This document shows positions 27,940 to 40,636 of a stretch of 64,000 bases of DNA, one piece after another (within the stretch, counting starts at the first letter, position 1; every line of letters starts with the position of its first letter). The position numbers and the translations under genes were made by a program. The notes beneath the pieces were generated by a model that saw nothing but the letters and a program-made list of their open reading frames with translations, was not told the origin of the DNA and did not search any database. This DNA comes from Daphnia carinata. Lineage: Eukaryota. The DNA is taken from positions 6,448,001 through 6,512,000 of the forward strand of contig NC_081331.1 in the NCBI RefSeq assembly GCF_022539665.2, read 5' to 3'.

Positions 27940-28833
27940 ATGTCGCACACCCCACCTGATGGCAACGAGGTGCCAGAGATGCAAAAAAAAGGCGAGGCAA
28001 TCGTCTTGGATAATGATAATCCGATCGATCCAGTGACTGGTCTCAGCCGACGGGAAAAGGATTACGTCCAACATAGCTGGAATCTCGTCCGTCAAGACTT
28101 GAAAGCTGCCGGACTGGGCTTCTTTCATGCGTATGACACACTTGATTTCTTATTACGTTTCTATTATTTATCATGCGCTTCGTTTGACGTTATTCATTAC
28201 TGTTTTATGCGAAAAACACATTCATTTTAGAAAAGCTATCGTTGAGGAAAATTTTAGGTTTTTAAAAGAACTCGTTTTATTTGCAGATTCTTTCATGCCC
28301 ATCCGGAGTACAAGGAGAAATTCAAGAAGTTCACCGACATTCCTGCTGATAAACTCATCGAGAATAGAGCATTCCAGGTTTGTTTCTATAGCTAGCAATT
28401 ATTATCAAATTAAAAACAAAAATTTGTTTGCATAGGTGCATGCGATGAGCGTTATGAATGCAGTCACCATGGTAGTCGATACGCTTGACGATGTCCCGAA
28501 ACTGGTGAACGCATTGAAAAATCTTGGCACGAGCCACGGTCGGCACAACATTCAAGTGTCTCACTTTCGCGTACGTTCAATTAATTTTACCTTTCATCAT
28601 GTTGAATAGATATTGAGCCATATTTCAGACAACTAACCAAAGTTCTGCCTTTGTACACTATTCAGAGCTTGGCTGTGGTACTTGTAGCCTTCCTGGAGAG
28701 TGCCCTCGGCCCGGAACTGTTTCAAGACGACGTCAAGCAAAGTTGGATCAAAGCGTTGGATGTGGTTGTTACCGTAGTTGCCACAGGTTTACCGCACACG
28801 TCGCCTGGTGCCACAGAATCCACTGCCAACTGA
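27940..28833 (+). CDS. Single-domain intracellular globin (4 coding exons)
   Basis: TGLSRREKDYVQHSW (A helix), FFHAHPEYKEKF (CD1 Phe), distal His in VHAMSVM, proximal His in LGTSHGRH, HFR|SL, SWIKAL. Introns at B12.2 and G7.0 plus a central one. No signal peptide. Confidence 0.9.
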
Positions 28834-30600
28834 ATAAAACAACCAAAAACCTGCTGGGCTTCTCCGTTTTTGCAACTGCTTGAGTGCATGGCCATTTACA
28901 TCAATTTCCCCGAAAAGAAATAAAAGACAAGTATTATCTCTAAATTCAAATCATCCTCTTGAACGACCTTCTTTTGTTTTCTTGCTGGAAGGCCACAATA
29001 TTGTTGAAATAAATTCCATCACTAATATTTGTGCATTTTATTACGCATACTGTATTCTCCCCTTCAGTTTCACTACACTCTTCATTTATTGTCTTCTCTA
29101 AATCGATGTTGCAGCTCGTCTTGTTTCAACGTTTTACATCAATCTCATTCATTACTACTTAGTTACACATATACTAATCGGTGGTCCAATACATTTATGG
29201 CGTATATGCTTTTATTTGGAAAAATTTCTCAGCATTTGAATGGATTTTCATAGTGCAAGCGCACGAAAAGCCTTTTCTAAAATTTTCTTTAGAATTTTCG
29301 TTCTAAAAACTATCCCTGAGGTTAATTGTAAAAGGACTGCCGACGAATGAACCACTTTTTTTGCCAATGCTGTTTTTCGTTGCCCGTTTGGGAAAAAAAA
29401 AGGAACGCGTTAACTTGTTGCGCTTGATTTGACTATTCTTGTTTTCCTCGAACGTCCTTTAGCATCGTGTGCAGCTTTACGAGATTTTTACGAGGTCGAG
29501 CTGTAAAAATTGAAGCCACGATCAATACTCGGAGAGATGGCAGAAAATTGAGCTTTTACGAATGCATAGTGCGGGCTGGGAAATGGAGAAGATTGATGCC
29601 CAAATAATTTCAATAATAACCTACCGCCATTCTGCCTGCCCTATGAACATTAACCAACCACTTCAACTTGGTTTCTAATGTTGCATGATTCACATCATTT
29701 AGAAACCCTACGACGAAACAGCTTGATTTCAAGTAAAGCCTAATTTTATTTCAAAACGACAGCGTTATTGTTACTTTAAGTATGGTACGCAAACGCGAGT
29801 TTAATGGACGAAACAACTGAAGTTATTATTTTCCTTTCCCCTTCTTATTGCGTGCGTGTATTTCCGGCATTTTGGTTTTTGCCTGAACAAAGGCTGCTGA
29901 TGGCAACAGGATAGGATGCATGAGAAAATGACGATAAGTTTCAAAGATCAAGGCCTGAAAAATGAAATCGGACGTTAGCAATTTTACTTTGGGATGACGG
30001 ATGATGGGAACCAACGAGATGTCATTTCCTCGCTTGATTTCGTCTAGAACAGCCTTTTTCCCAATGTGCGTAAGAGCTATAGCGATTATAATGCATCAAT
30101 GCCATCGTATACGGTTGAATGGTACTATACATCTCCGTGAAAAAACGCACGCAACACTTGTGTCAGTCTTTGTTATCCAAATTAGAAAATAAGAGAACGG
30201 TAAATCGGAGTCCCGTATAATTAAACCTTTCTTTTTAGTTGTCAGATTTAACCGGAAATGGTTCGTTTGGGATGCTTTATTCCCCAAGTGATAACGGAAA
30301 GATTAATGTGCGCATCTTATTATCCTCAGTCATCTTACACACTCTTCTCGAAAACGAGTCATAAACTACGCATGCATAATGAAGTACAAGGAGGTTGCAG
30401 TGAAATGTGTCAGGTTTGGCAAACAAAGGATAGGGAAGACCGCCACATTTTTCTGCAATATACAACAAGAGAGCTACGCAGATAGGAAGGCCGCTTTTTC
30501 AAAGTCTGCCAAACCAAACCACGTTGACACAACACACTGCAAAACAACGTGACAAACACGGCAAAAACCTTCACCCACCAATTCAAGCTCTATTGGACCT

Positions 30601-31880
30601 CACGTGTTTCAGCCAAAGCACATGTTTAGTGCATCGGATTGCATTTTTTGCCAGCCTTTTAATTTTTTTCCGTTAACCATTTATTTCCAATGGTATCAGA
30701 AAGTGTTGAAGCCAGTCGGTTCGTTAATTATTGAAAAAAAAAAGAGAATTAAGCCGACTAGAAGTATTTTGAGTCGTCGCGTTACATAACAATTTCGATT
30801 CTCTCGTTTGCTTTGATTGTGAGTAGATTTCTTGGTGTTGATATCCAAAATTTTGGACTGCTTTCATTTCGTGTCCCAAAGAAGGTTAGAGCATTTGAAC
30901 TAATCCGGGCAAGGACAGGTTGACGCCCATGATGTCCTCGATGATACTAAAATTTCTCTTAACGAACGAATTTGGAATTAATGTAACGTATGCTTTTCCC
31001 CGTCTTTGCTTAAAGGACACTTTGTATTTCAAGAAGAAAAGAAAAAATGAGATGTAAAGAAAATAAATACGAAGGGACCCTATTCCCCATCTTAGGTTCT
31101 TAATCGAAAAGCGTCCAACTCATAAAGAGCAACATTAATACGAGTCACGCTCCAAAAAAACGATGAGTGAAAGATTCATTAATCTTGTTAGTCTCACGTG
31201 GGAATCTCCTTGTATACATTGCCTAGAAAACGCCTGTCAAGGAAAGCGTCTGCCGTGATAGCGAAGCCTTTTCTAACTATTCGTCCAACGCTCATAGTTG
31301 TCGTTTGTCAGTTCTCAGTTATGTTTTCTCTTTTAATTTTCGACCGTAAAAAACACACACGTACAAAAATAAAACACTAATATTAATATTTATTTTTTAA
31401 ATTTTATTTATAGAGAAGAAGTACAAGCGATAAGAAAGAAAAATTGTTAGACGAGGTTAATAAAAAGACAGTTATTTAGTTGGTTATGAGACAAATATTG
31501 GTTTGGATTTTTATAGTAGTCGGAAAACCTCCGCTGCACAAGAAATACGTGTATAGATACACGTTGGAAAATGACCGTGGAAGACCCGGTTACCCCGCCC
31601 ATCCTTCTAGAAGCTCACGTGTTGTCAAACGTGAGCCCTCTAGTGCCAACAGGCGAGAGAAAGCAAAATACACCGGCTACAATGCAGCAGTTGTTCAGGC
31701 TTAACTGTTCAGGGAGGGAAACCTACTACACCCGAGTCGGCGCGTGCATGTCGTAACAGTCTCTCAGAGAAAAAAAAAGGGAAGAAAAAAAAAAAAAGAA
31801 AAGAAAAAAGGGGGCAGGGCTTTGCCAGAAAAGGAGGGAAGAGAACAGTCGGGCCACGTGAGATGGCCCCATGCAACGTG
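30601..31880. promoter_or_regulatory. Circadian enhancer region upstream of period: E-boxes and a D-box
   Basis: CACGTG at 30601, 31195, 31616 and 31855; AACGTG at 31628 and 31875; GTTACATAAC (reverse complement GTTATGTAAC, matching RTTAYGTAAY) at 30781. Confidence 0.65.
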
Positions 31881-31931
31881 ATCGGGCTACGACGTATTCA
31901 TCATGGACCCAACGCCAGTTCTAGTTTCATT

Positions 31932-32117
31932 TCAGTCGTACTTGGTGTGTTGACCTGTGTGTTTCGCGCTAACGTCAGATAAACCAAAACTTGGCTTCCA
32001 TATCTACAAGAAAAACAACGTCTGAAAAACATTTGCTTCTCGCTGATGGAATTTTCGCTGTTGTGAATTTCAATTCCAAATCCATGTGAAAAGAAATTGA
32101 GTTTCCAGCATTCAACG
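31932..32117 (+). other. per: Probable non-coding first exon of period
   Basis: Arthropod Inr TCAGTC at 31932 just downstream of the E-boxes; strong donor G|GTGAGT at 32118; acceptor TTGCAG at 33333 just before ATG 33379. Confidence 0.5.
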
Positions 32118-33378
32118 GTGAGTGGTGCCTTCTGAGGCCTATGAATCGTCACTGTGTGCTTTTATTGATTTATTTACGTGTGAGGCTGTGACTACGTGCT
32201 GTTCTTTGACGTTCATCTACAGTCGCCATCTCGAGCTGATCGCCCAAAGTACCTTTGTTTGAGAACCCATCTATAGCCTAAATCGCCGTTTACGCACTAT
32301 TCCTTCTTATGCAAAATTTTACGAGAAAAAGCTCCCTGATCTAATTATAATTGACAAAAATAAAAGGAAAAAAGAGGCGATATTTGGTTTGTGACAATAA
32401 GTTCTGTTGTTGTTTTGCAATCAACTTTACCAGGTCTATATGATTTTTCAAATGTTATACGACTGTTGGACATTTTGACAGCAGAAAGCGTGTCCTTTTG
32501 TGGCGGAATCTATGCAAATGACAGCCAAACAAGTTTGAGTTTTTCCTTCTTCTTTATATTCCATTGTGGCAAACAAACATACTAAATAAAAGACACACAG
32601 GTGAGTGATGGTATCGTCACGTAGCAGCCACCCGTTTACCCACGCTACCCGTCACCCTTTACATTCCTTCAACTAATTTTAACAGAAAGAGCCATTATGT
32701 CCATTTTCATCGTTTACCATGGTTATATTACTTTATCTGTAGATTTCTCAGGTAATATTAAGAATTTCAGAGAATGTGCCCTGCCACCCTGTCAAGATAA
32801 TACCCCCAAAACAAACGATATAATTTCCATGCAAGAGAAGGTATTCGCAGCACAATACGCTTTTAGTTGTACCTTGGTCCGGCGATAGCAGGTAAGAAAA
32901 TAGTGACCACACCATTTAAGCTACAGATTGCTTACATTTGATTTTTAAACAAAACAATAGGCAAATACGTCTTGTTTGCCTTTGGTTTTTACCGTTTTTA
33001 CACATTTTTCAAGTGTTCACCATATAGCACTCTTTATTTTCAAAATGAAATGGTAGACTGTCAAGTATGTAGGAGAAAAAAAACTGTGCTTCGATTTTTT
33101 CCTAAAATTCAAAGGCTTTCTACGAAAACATCGGTTCTCGACAGTTGCCTAGCGAACAAGTTCTACTTTAGTCCATGAGAAAACTTACGGTACTGTTAAA
33201 TTACGTGATGTAATTAACTTTCGAATCTTTGCTGCGGATTTTTGAACAGTTAATACCTTACCAGTTAATACCTCGCCCAAAGTAAAGAAGAAAAAAATAA
33301 TAAAATCTTTGTTTCTTTTTTGCGTTCTTGCAGAGTCTTTCCCCAGAAGAAGCACTGACAGCTACAGTCTGTCGCAAC

Positions 33379-36300
33379 ATGTCGGAGAACGATGGCAGTA
33401 GCAAATCATCTTCAGGACCGTCGAGCGGCTCGTCGCGAATGGATTCAACTGGTTCGGCAGCCGGCTCATCGGGTTGCACCTCGCACTCGATTGGAGGTCC
33501 TTCATCCCATGCAGAATCTGATTCTTTCCAACATTCCCACGTATCCTCGTTAAAAGGAACTTCAAACTGCAACATATCTGCTACCTCAGATTCGGCCTAC
33601 GGTGGTTCCATATCTAACAGCCAATCGCAGAGAAGTGGTAGTGGTAGCGGAAGTCGTAGCAGTAAATCCCAGATCAGCTCCAACTCATCCAACAAGTAAA
33701 GTACTAGAAATCGATCGAATGGTCAACATATTCATGACCATGTTTTTTTCTATAGTGCCGGAGCCCAGCAACAGCCAAAATTGCGTAAGGAGAAAGATCC
33801 CAAGAAACGTAAGTCAAACAAGATATCCATGCCACCAGTGCAGTCCCCTGGTCTTGTCGTGGACCGTCCAGCATCAGCTGGATCCAACAAAGGAGCTTCG
33901 GCTTCGGTGGCAGCTGTCATCTCAGCTACATCGTTGGCTATGGCCAATGTTTTTACCGTTGAGGGAGGCAATCTGTCAGCAACGACTGGGCCAAGCTCAG
34001 CTGATGCAGTCGGATTCTCAGGTGGCAATGGAACATCTGTAAACGGCAATTCCGGAGTTGCAGTAACAAATAGCCGTAATCCACGGTCAAAGACGAGTAG
34101 GTCGGCTAATGGGATTCGAGGTTTTACCGAATCAAGAGCAGTTCAAGCTGCCGCTCTAAGTAGAGCGCTGGACTGTCTCAAAGGCACAGGGTTAGGTCCA
34201 AGCAAAGGTAAATAGTTTTCTATTATTCCCCTTAAATCATTCCAATATTAATACTAAGTTGAAAATGAATAGAATCACTCAGCTCCAAGTGTGGAAAGGA
34301 GGACGCAACTACTTCGTCGTGGCGGTCGATCCTCATCGATCCATTGGAGACAAGTTTAAAGAAAACATTTGCCCATTTGGAGGAAGTTCCAACTGTTAAA
34401 TCAAAGGTAAATTGATTTCGCCGTTTTAATGAAATTTAAAATACACAGTCTTCTTACTTTGTTTTTCTCCAGGAAGCTTTTATTGCAGCCATCAGCTTAC
34501 AGGATGGCATCGTAGTGTATGTCACACCTTCCCTAACGGAGAAGCTTGGTTATCCGGTTGAGATGTGGTGCGGTCGTTCACTTCTGGATTTCATCCATCC
34601 CAAAGACCGACTAGCCTTCACTAACCAGATTACTTCAAAACTATTGGCCAGTCTTGACAAAGATGATTCTTCGTCAGGTTATTCATTCAGTTCAGGTAAA
34701 ATTAAAAAAAAAAACTCCATAAGGTCTTGCAAAGTGCTTCTTATTTAACTTCTGAATTCAACAGATGAAGCACTTTTCCCACGTTGCAGTATGATTGGAA
34801 GTTCGTCTTCGCCGCCAAACATGCTGTGCTGTCGACTTCGAATGTACCGTGGTTTGCGCACGTCCGGCTTCGGTATTGTTGACAAGAAAACGTCGTACCT
34901 GCCTTTTAAGATTGTTTTGAACTTGGAGAAAATTCAGCTGCCTCGCGAACCCGTTGAAAGTTGCCAAAAGGAAACGGAAACAACAGCTGATGGCTCAATT
35001 TCCAAGGATCCTGAAGAAGACGATAAAGACTCAGCAGACTACTATTTACTGGCTTATGCAGTTCCAATATCAACAGCTTACAAAAGTATTTTTATTTGGA
35101 AAATGTTTAAAGACAAGAAAGTTGTTAACGTTTTTGCTTATCTAGATCCAGATGAAAAGAATTCAACAGGCGAGTTTGGCCTACGCCATTCGGCGAGCTG
35201 TTTATTCAGTGAGGTGGACATGAGTTCAGTGCCCTACTTGGGACATCTACCCCAAGATCTTCTGGGTACTTCAGCCCTGGATTTTTATCACCCTAATGAT
35301 CTGCCAGAGTTGAAGAAGATTTACGATTCGGTTATCGGTCGCCAAGGAAAATCACTCCGATCTAAACCCTACAACTTCAGAGCTTTTAACGGTTGCTATG
35401 TCCTTTTGCAAACGGATTGGACTTGTTTCGTCAACCCGTGGACCAAAAAATTAGAATTTGTTGCCGGTCACCATCGAGTACTTAAAGGGCCATCCAATCC
35501 TGACGTATTTGCTAGTCCACCAGAAGGAACAGTCCCCTTCGTCGATGCAGATCCTGCAGCAGCGGAAAATACCAAAAAACTTCACGCCGAAATCTGCACA
35601 ATTTTAACTGGTATTTTGACTTATGGCATGCAAAAAAAGAATTTAATCTTAACATTTCCCCCTTTTTCCCTCAACAGGGTCGGCCAAGCCTCCTCAGAGT
35701 ACACGTACATCCAACAATAGAGCGGATACAGCGTTGCTGGAGACTGCAACACGTCGTAGGAAAAATCTGGCCACGTTAATGGGTTCCTTGATAGATGAAG
35801 TGGCCAAAGCAAGGGGCAGCAACTCCTGCGGCAATTCGTGTTCCAGCAGTACTTACGCAAGATGTAAAACGCAGTTGCATAGTCCAGCTGAAGAAGGGTC
35901 GCTGCTAGGTGACGCTTCGGTAGTCATGGGAGACATATCGACACACGGAGGTTCAGCACTCGATTCCAACAGCGCCGACACGCCACTTTCTTATTCCCTG
36001 TTAAACTACAATCAAAATCTGGAGCGGTATTTTCAAAGCCAGCCTAAAATGATGCCTTCAGATGGTATAGACACCTACTCGAATTTCCTGGTCTTCATAA
36101 CAACATTGTTATGGTTTTCTTAAATTTCTTTAGGCTCAGGAGAAAGCATTGGATCGGGATCGGCCGATTCTAAACCAGGGAAAAATCAAACCCCAAACAT
36201 GAGCTCAGAAGAAGAAGGGGGTTGTCTTGGTACCGATGACACTTTTTCAGGAACGTTGCCTAGCACTGACAGCCAAAAGCTGAGCAGTTCCAATAGCAAC

Positions 36301-38021
36301 AGCATTAGCCACAGTCGCAGCACTGACAGCCAGAATGGTATGCCCTACGAACCTGGATTTAAGGGCTTACCTTTAACCAAAGAAGCAATGGCAAGACACA
36401 ACGAAGAAATGGAAAAAGAGTTTATGCAACAGCATAGGTACAAATTCGTCAAAATATAATTTACAAGGCAAGGAGTTTAAAATTGTCGATTTCGATATTC
36501 AGAGATCTTCGAAATCGTAGCACACCTGGCCACAGATCTGCAAAAATACCTAGCAGGAGAGATGTACACGGTGTCAAACGCGGACAGGCTGCATCTTGGG
36601 AAGAAGGTGGCACTGGCGGAAGACACAAGCACCCGCATATGGATACATTTTGCGCAACACCTCATTGCTATCAGAGCCAGTTGACAGGAGCAGCATCCGG
36701 CCCATTCAGTTAGTTCAAATCATTTTCTCCTCATTTTGCTTGGATGCTTATCGCTGTTTCTCATTTTAGATGACTGGGCATCATTAACAAGTCCTTCCCT
36801 AATTCCTTCAAATCTACTTCCACCGTTTTCCGTAAGTTCAACGGCACCCAATCAACAGTCTGCTCTCTTCAGGTGAGAACCAAAGCCACTCCTTCTGTTA
36901 CGAACTAGTATTGATTTTCGATTGTCTTCGAAGCATTCCGATGACAAGTCGAGGGGAAGTTACCAATTCGCTTCCAGCGTTTTACCTAGCGACTTCCGCA
37001 GGGACAACGAATGCTGCCGTACGACCCAGCAATAGCATGACGATGGGAGCCTCACCCTACATGGTTCAAACTCAACATCACCACCAATCTCTCGGTCCAG
37101 CTTTTTCTCTTCAGCCTTATGCTGCTTACCCTCATGGTGTTATCTACCAGCCTGTTATGGTCCCTCCAATGCTATTTCAGCCCAATTTGGGCATGATGAT
37201 GTCCGCCACACCTTCCGTGGCGCAGCCACAATCGGCTTCACGTCACCGACCCATTCTTCATCACAATGTAACGTCAATAAGCCTTGTCAATAGTGGAACT
37301 GTATGTAAGAATAATTTTTCGTTCCTATAGTACCAAAATGAGAACCTTCATCGTCAACCACAACCTTACCACTTATCCGTCGCACATGGAGATAATTCCG
37401 GAGCTGGCCCAAGCTACCGGGAGGATGGGTCTGCCAATGCCAGTGAACAGAGTTCTTCAGTAGGAGCATACCGCCAACAATTAAGCTCGTTTAGGGAACC
37501 GGTGAGATAGTTCTCTGCATTTAAGACATTACAAAATGTTGACGATTACCTTCTCTTTCGTTCCACAGTCGGGTTCCAGACAACAGGGAGCAGAACAGTA
37601 TGGTTCGAGTCAAGCCCAAAATCAGGGTCCAATAAGCCAACAACGATTAGCGTGCAAGAGAATCCCGCCATGGATGGAAGCTGTTTCCGTTTCAAATGAA
37701 CTCGTCTACCAATATCAGGTTCCCGGTCGGAATTCAACAGATGTGTTAGAGGCGGATCGTGAGAGGTTACGGGTACTCCAACAGCCCGTCATGCTTAATC
37801 ATCAGCTGATGCAACTCTATACAGAAATGGAAGCCGAGCAACGTAGCGGCATCGATTTGACGCTCGAGGACAGTGAAAACAGCTTCTCGTCAAGAGATAC
37901 AGACGAAACAAATCACAGAAGACGTGAGCTACGTCGACGAAGTAACGAATTCAGACGGACCATGCTCTATGAAGAGAATGCTCCATTCCCGCACCCTGAA
38001 TCGTCGTCAACAGATGGATGA
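33379..38021 (+). CDS. per: Period circadian clock protein, multi-exon
   Basis: N-terminal DSAYGGS..SQSQRSGS..S motif and basic NLS; PAS-A (AISLQDGIVVYVTPSL..GRSLLDFIHPKDR); PAS-B (YLGHLPQDLLGTSALDFYHP); PAC (KPYNFRAFNGCYVLLQTDWTCFVNPWTKKLEFVAGHHRVLKGP); LNYNQNLERYFQS; C-terminal PPWMEAVSVSNELVYQYQ. Confidence 0.97.
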
Positions 38022-38705
38022 CAAACTCGACTTTGTGAATGTGGTGGTTTGTTTTTACCTTCCAATGTTATATGGACTCGTTATAATTGATTCCTAAGCG
38101 TCGCAGTTCAAATGTTCCTCGCGTATTCTATAACTGCATTTCCTTAAAGCTGACGTTATATTATTGGCATAAAAACCTACACGCATCAAATCGTTTTTTT
38201 TACAGTGTTATGATAGAACGTGTTGTTTCTTTTTCCTCTGTACTGCACGGCGAAATGTATCAATACAGAAAATTTACGCTTAGTCGTGCCATTTGAAATG
38301 GAGGATGTGGTACTGCGTAATAAAGCGATAGTTTTTGTTTGTATTCTATTTTTTTTATTAGCGTAATTTTGGCCGTATATCAGTCGAGGCAATCAGCTGC
38401 TTACATATTCCGTTAGTGGTTGTTTAATCAATTTTCCCTCCCAGCTATGGAAAAAAACCGGTGTAGAGAACTTTAGACTGCCCTGAGGCAGATAGGAAGA
38501 AAGAACAAAAACAAGTCCACAGCCAAGTGAGTTTCTATCACAGTAACTTTCCCTACCCTTTGAAGAAGGGATCGGTTTGTTGTTTGGTGACTCGTCATTT
38601 ACCTTCTGCTCTCCTTGTAGAAGGAAAAAAGCAAAATAATAGTTACTTTCAACAGACGATAAACATCAATTTGATTTCCGTCAAACAGAACAGAAAGAAA
38701 TTGAA

Positions 38706-39866
38706 ATGACGGACATATCGGCAATGAAGGAACAGCAAAAACTCTTGTACCGACTGCAACACATCATTCCGCGCAGTTTAGGCACATCAATTTTTCACAA
38801 CAACAAACATGAAGTTGTGGTGCCCCAGACATCTGATGGTCCCGAGGACGTTGAATTTCAAATGACTTGGGGGAAAGTAGCAGGTACAAATCGGGGTTCT
38901 TATTATCCATAGCTGTTATTACGTTAATGAAATGTTTATAAGAATCTATTAAGAATCCAATATTTTCTAGCCAGAATCTGGGGACCACCTGATGGACGTC
39001 CGGTATTTGCAATCCATGGCTGGCTAGACAATGCTGGTACCTTTGATACCCTGATACCTTTACTGCCCAAAGACCTGCGCATAATCGCTGTTGAAATGCC
39101 CGGGCATGGACTTAGCGATCCCTTTCCGCCGGATATTGCGTACAATTACCTCGTATGAATTTGTAGTTAGTATAATAACAAGTATTATATACTGTTTTAA
39201 TCGCGATAAATTCTCTAGGACTGCTTCCTCGCTATTGAACGATTCGCCAGTTACTTCAAATGGACAAAATTTTCGTTTCTTTGTCACAGTTTAGGAGCTA
39301 CAATGTCCATGATTTACGCCGGCGTGTTTCCCGAAAGGGTAGACAAGCTGGTCTCAATAGACATCGTACGATTGGAAACAACTCGTCCAGAAACCATAGA
39401 CGTGAGATTTCGAAAAACAATAGGGAAGCTGCTCAAGTATGAGGCTGAAATAATAGCAGGGCCGGAGAAACCTTTCAGCTATGAAGAAGCCGTAGAAAAA
39501 TGCATTGGTGGGACTTTTGGCTCGCTTGACCGGAAAGCCTGCGATATTCTATTCAAGAGGGGTCTGAAAAAAGTTGATGGCGGTTACGTTTTCCGTCGTG
39601 ATCGGCGACTGCTGGCTGCCCCGTTATCATTTGCTCCCAAAGAGGACCAGCTCGTCCTTGCCCGTAAAGTCACTGCTGATGTCCTGATTATAAAGTGCAC
39701 TGATGGACCTGATTTTGAAACTGCTGAAAATTCCTTGGAACACGTTGAAGCATTGAAAATTAACTGTAAACGGGTTCTATATGTTACCGTCGAAGGCAAG
39801 CATCACACCCATCTAACACATCCAGAGCGAGTTGCTCCAATTATTACCGATTTTTTTAATTCTTAA
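38706..39866 (+). CDS. Serine hydrolase-like (kraken/SERHL family) alpha/beta hydrolase, copy 1 (3 exons)
   Basis: WGPPDGRPVFAIHGWLDNAGTFD, nucleophile elbow CHSLG, RDRRL, catalytic His region EGKHHTHL. Confidence 0.9.
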
Positions 39867-40291
39867 AAAGATAATTCCACGAAAATATTATCAGTCTAAG
39901 TCTGTCACCTTTGGTAATTTTCATTAAGGATTCAATACTTTTTTGCCTGGCTACACATATTTCATTTAAGGTTTGCAAACTTATACATACTACGTGCCTG
40001 AACGTCAGTGTCATGCGACTTAAGAGTTTTCAAGCACCAATAATGGGCTGTACTATTTGATGGAAAAATAAAATGTAGAAATGTATGGAATAGTATCGAG
40101 AGCCATTGAGAGAATTATATCGATAAAATAGGCAACCCAAAACTAACCAAACTGCAACTCAATAATCATGCAAGATCCAACGTATTTTGTATCTAACATA
40201 CAAGTGTCTAACAAGAGTGTTGCATATTTGCTGAGAATTTTCGGTCCTGCGGTAGCAGGTGGCAGAAGCATGGCAGAAGCAGAGCGCTTAT

Positions 40292-40305
40292 GTTGCCATG
40301 GTAAC
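40292..40305. promoter_or_regulatory. RFX X-box consensus
   Basis: GTTGCCATGGTAAC, ~330 bp upstream of the ATG of hydrolase copy 2. Confidence 0.5.
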
Positions 40306-40636
40306 CTTTCGTGACAGCAGAAGTTTTTTCGTGATTAGGCCATGGAGAATGAGATTGATAACTGTTCCCTATGATTAGACTTAGATGCTGTTTTTTGTTT
40401 TTGTTTGTTGAGTTATTTTAGATATGGACAGTAAACATACTAGCTTTTCATTTTTCGAGTAAACGTTGCTCTCTTATTTCATAAAAACCATCAGTCGTTA
40501 ACTGTGAGTTTTTCATAACAAATTTATTCAAACTTAAAGAAGGACAGAAGCAGTCTACTTTGCAAAAAGGAAACTAGTAATTGCTTGATTTCCAGTTTCA
40601 GGATTTCAGCCAAAATACTTACCAACTACTTCTCAG

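Noticed and set aside
38748..38777. PTS2 peroxisomal signal in the hydrolase N-termini
   Set aside because: Positions 8-9 are RS, RK or RN, not (H/Q)(L/A/F).
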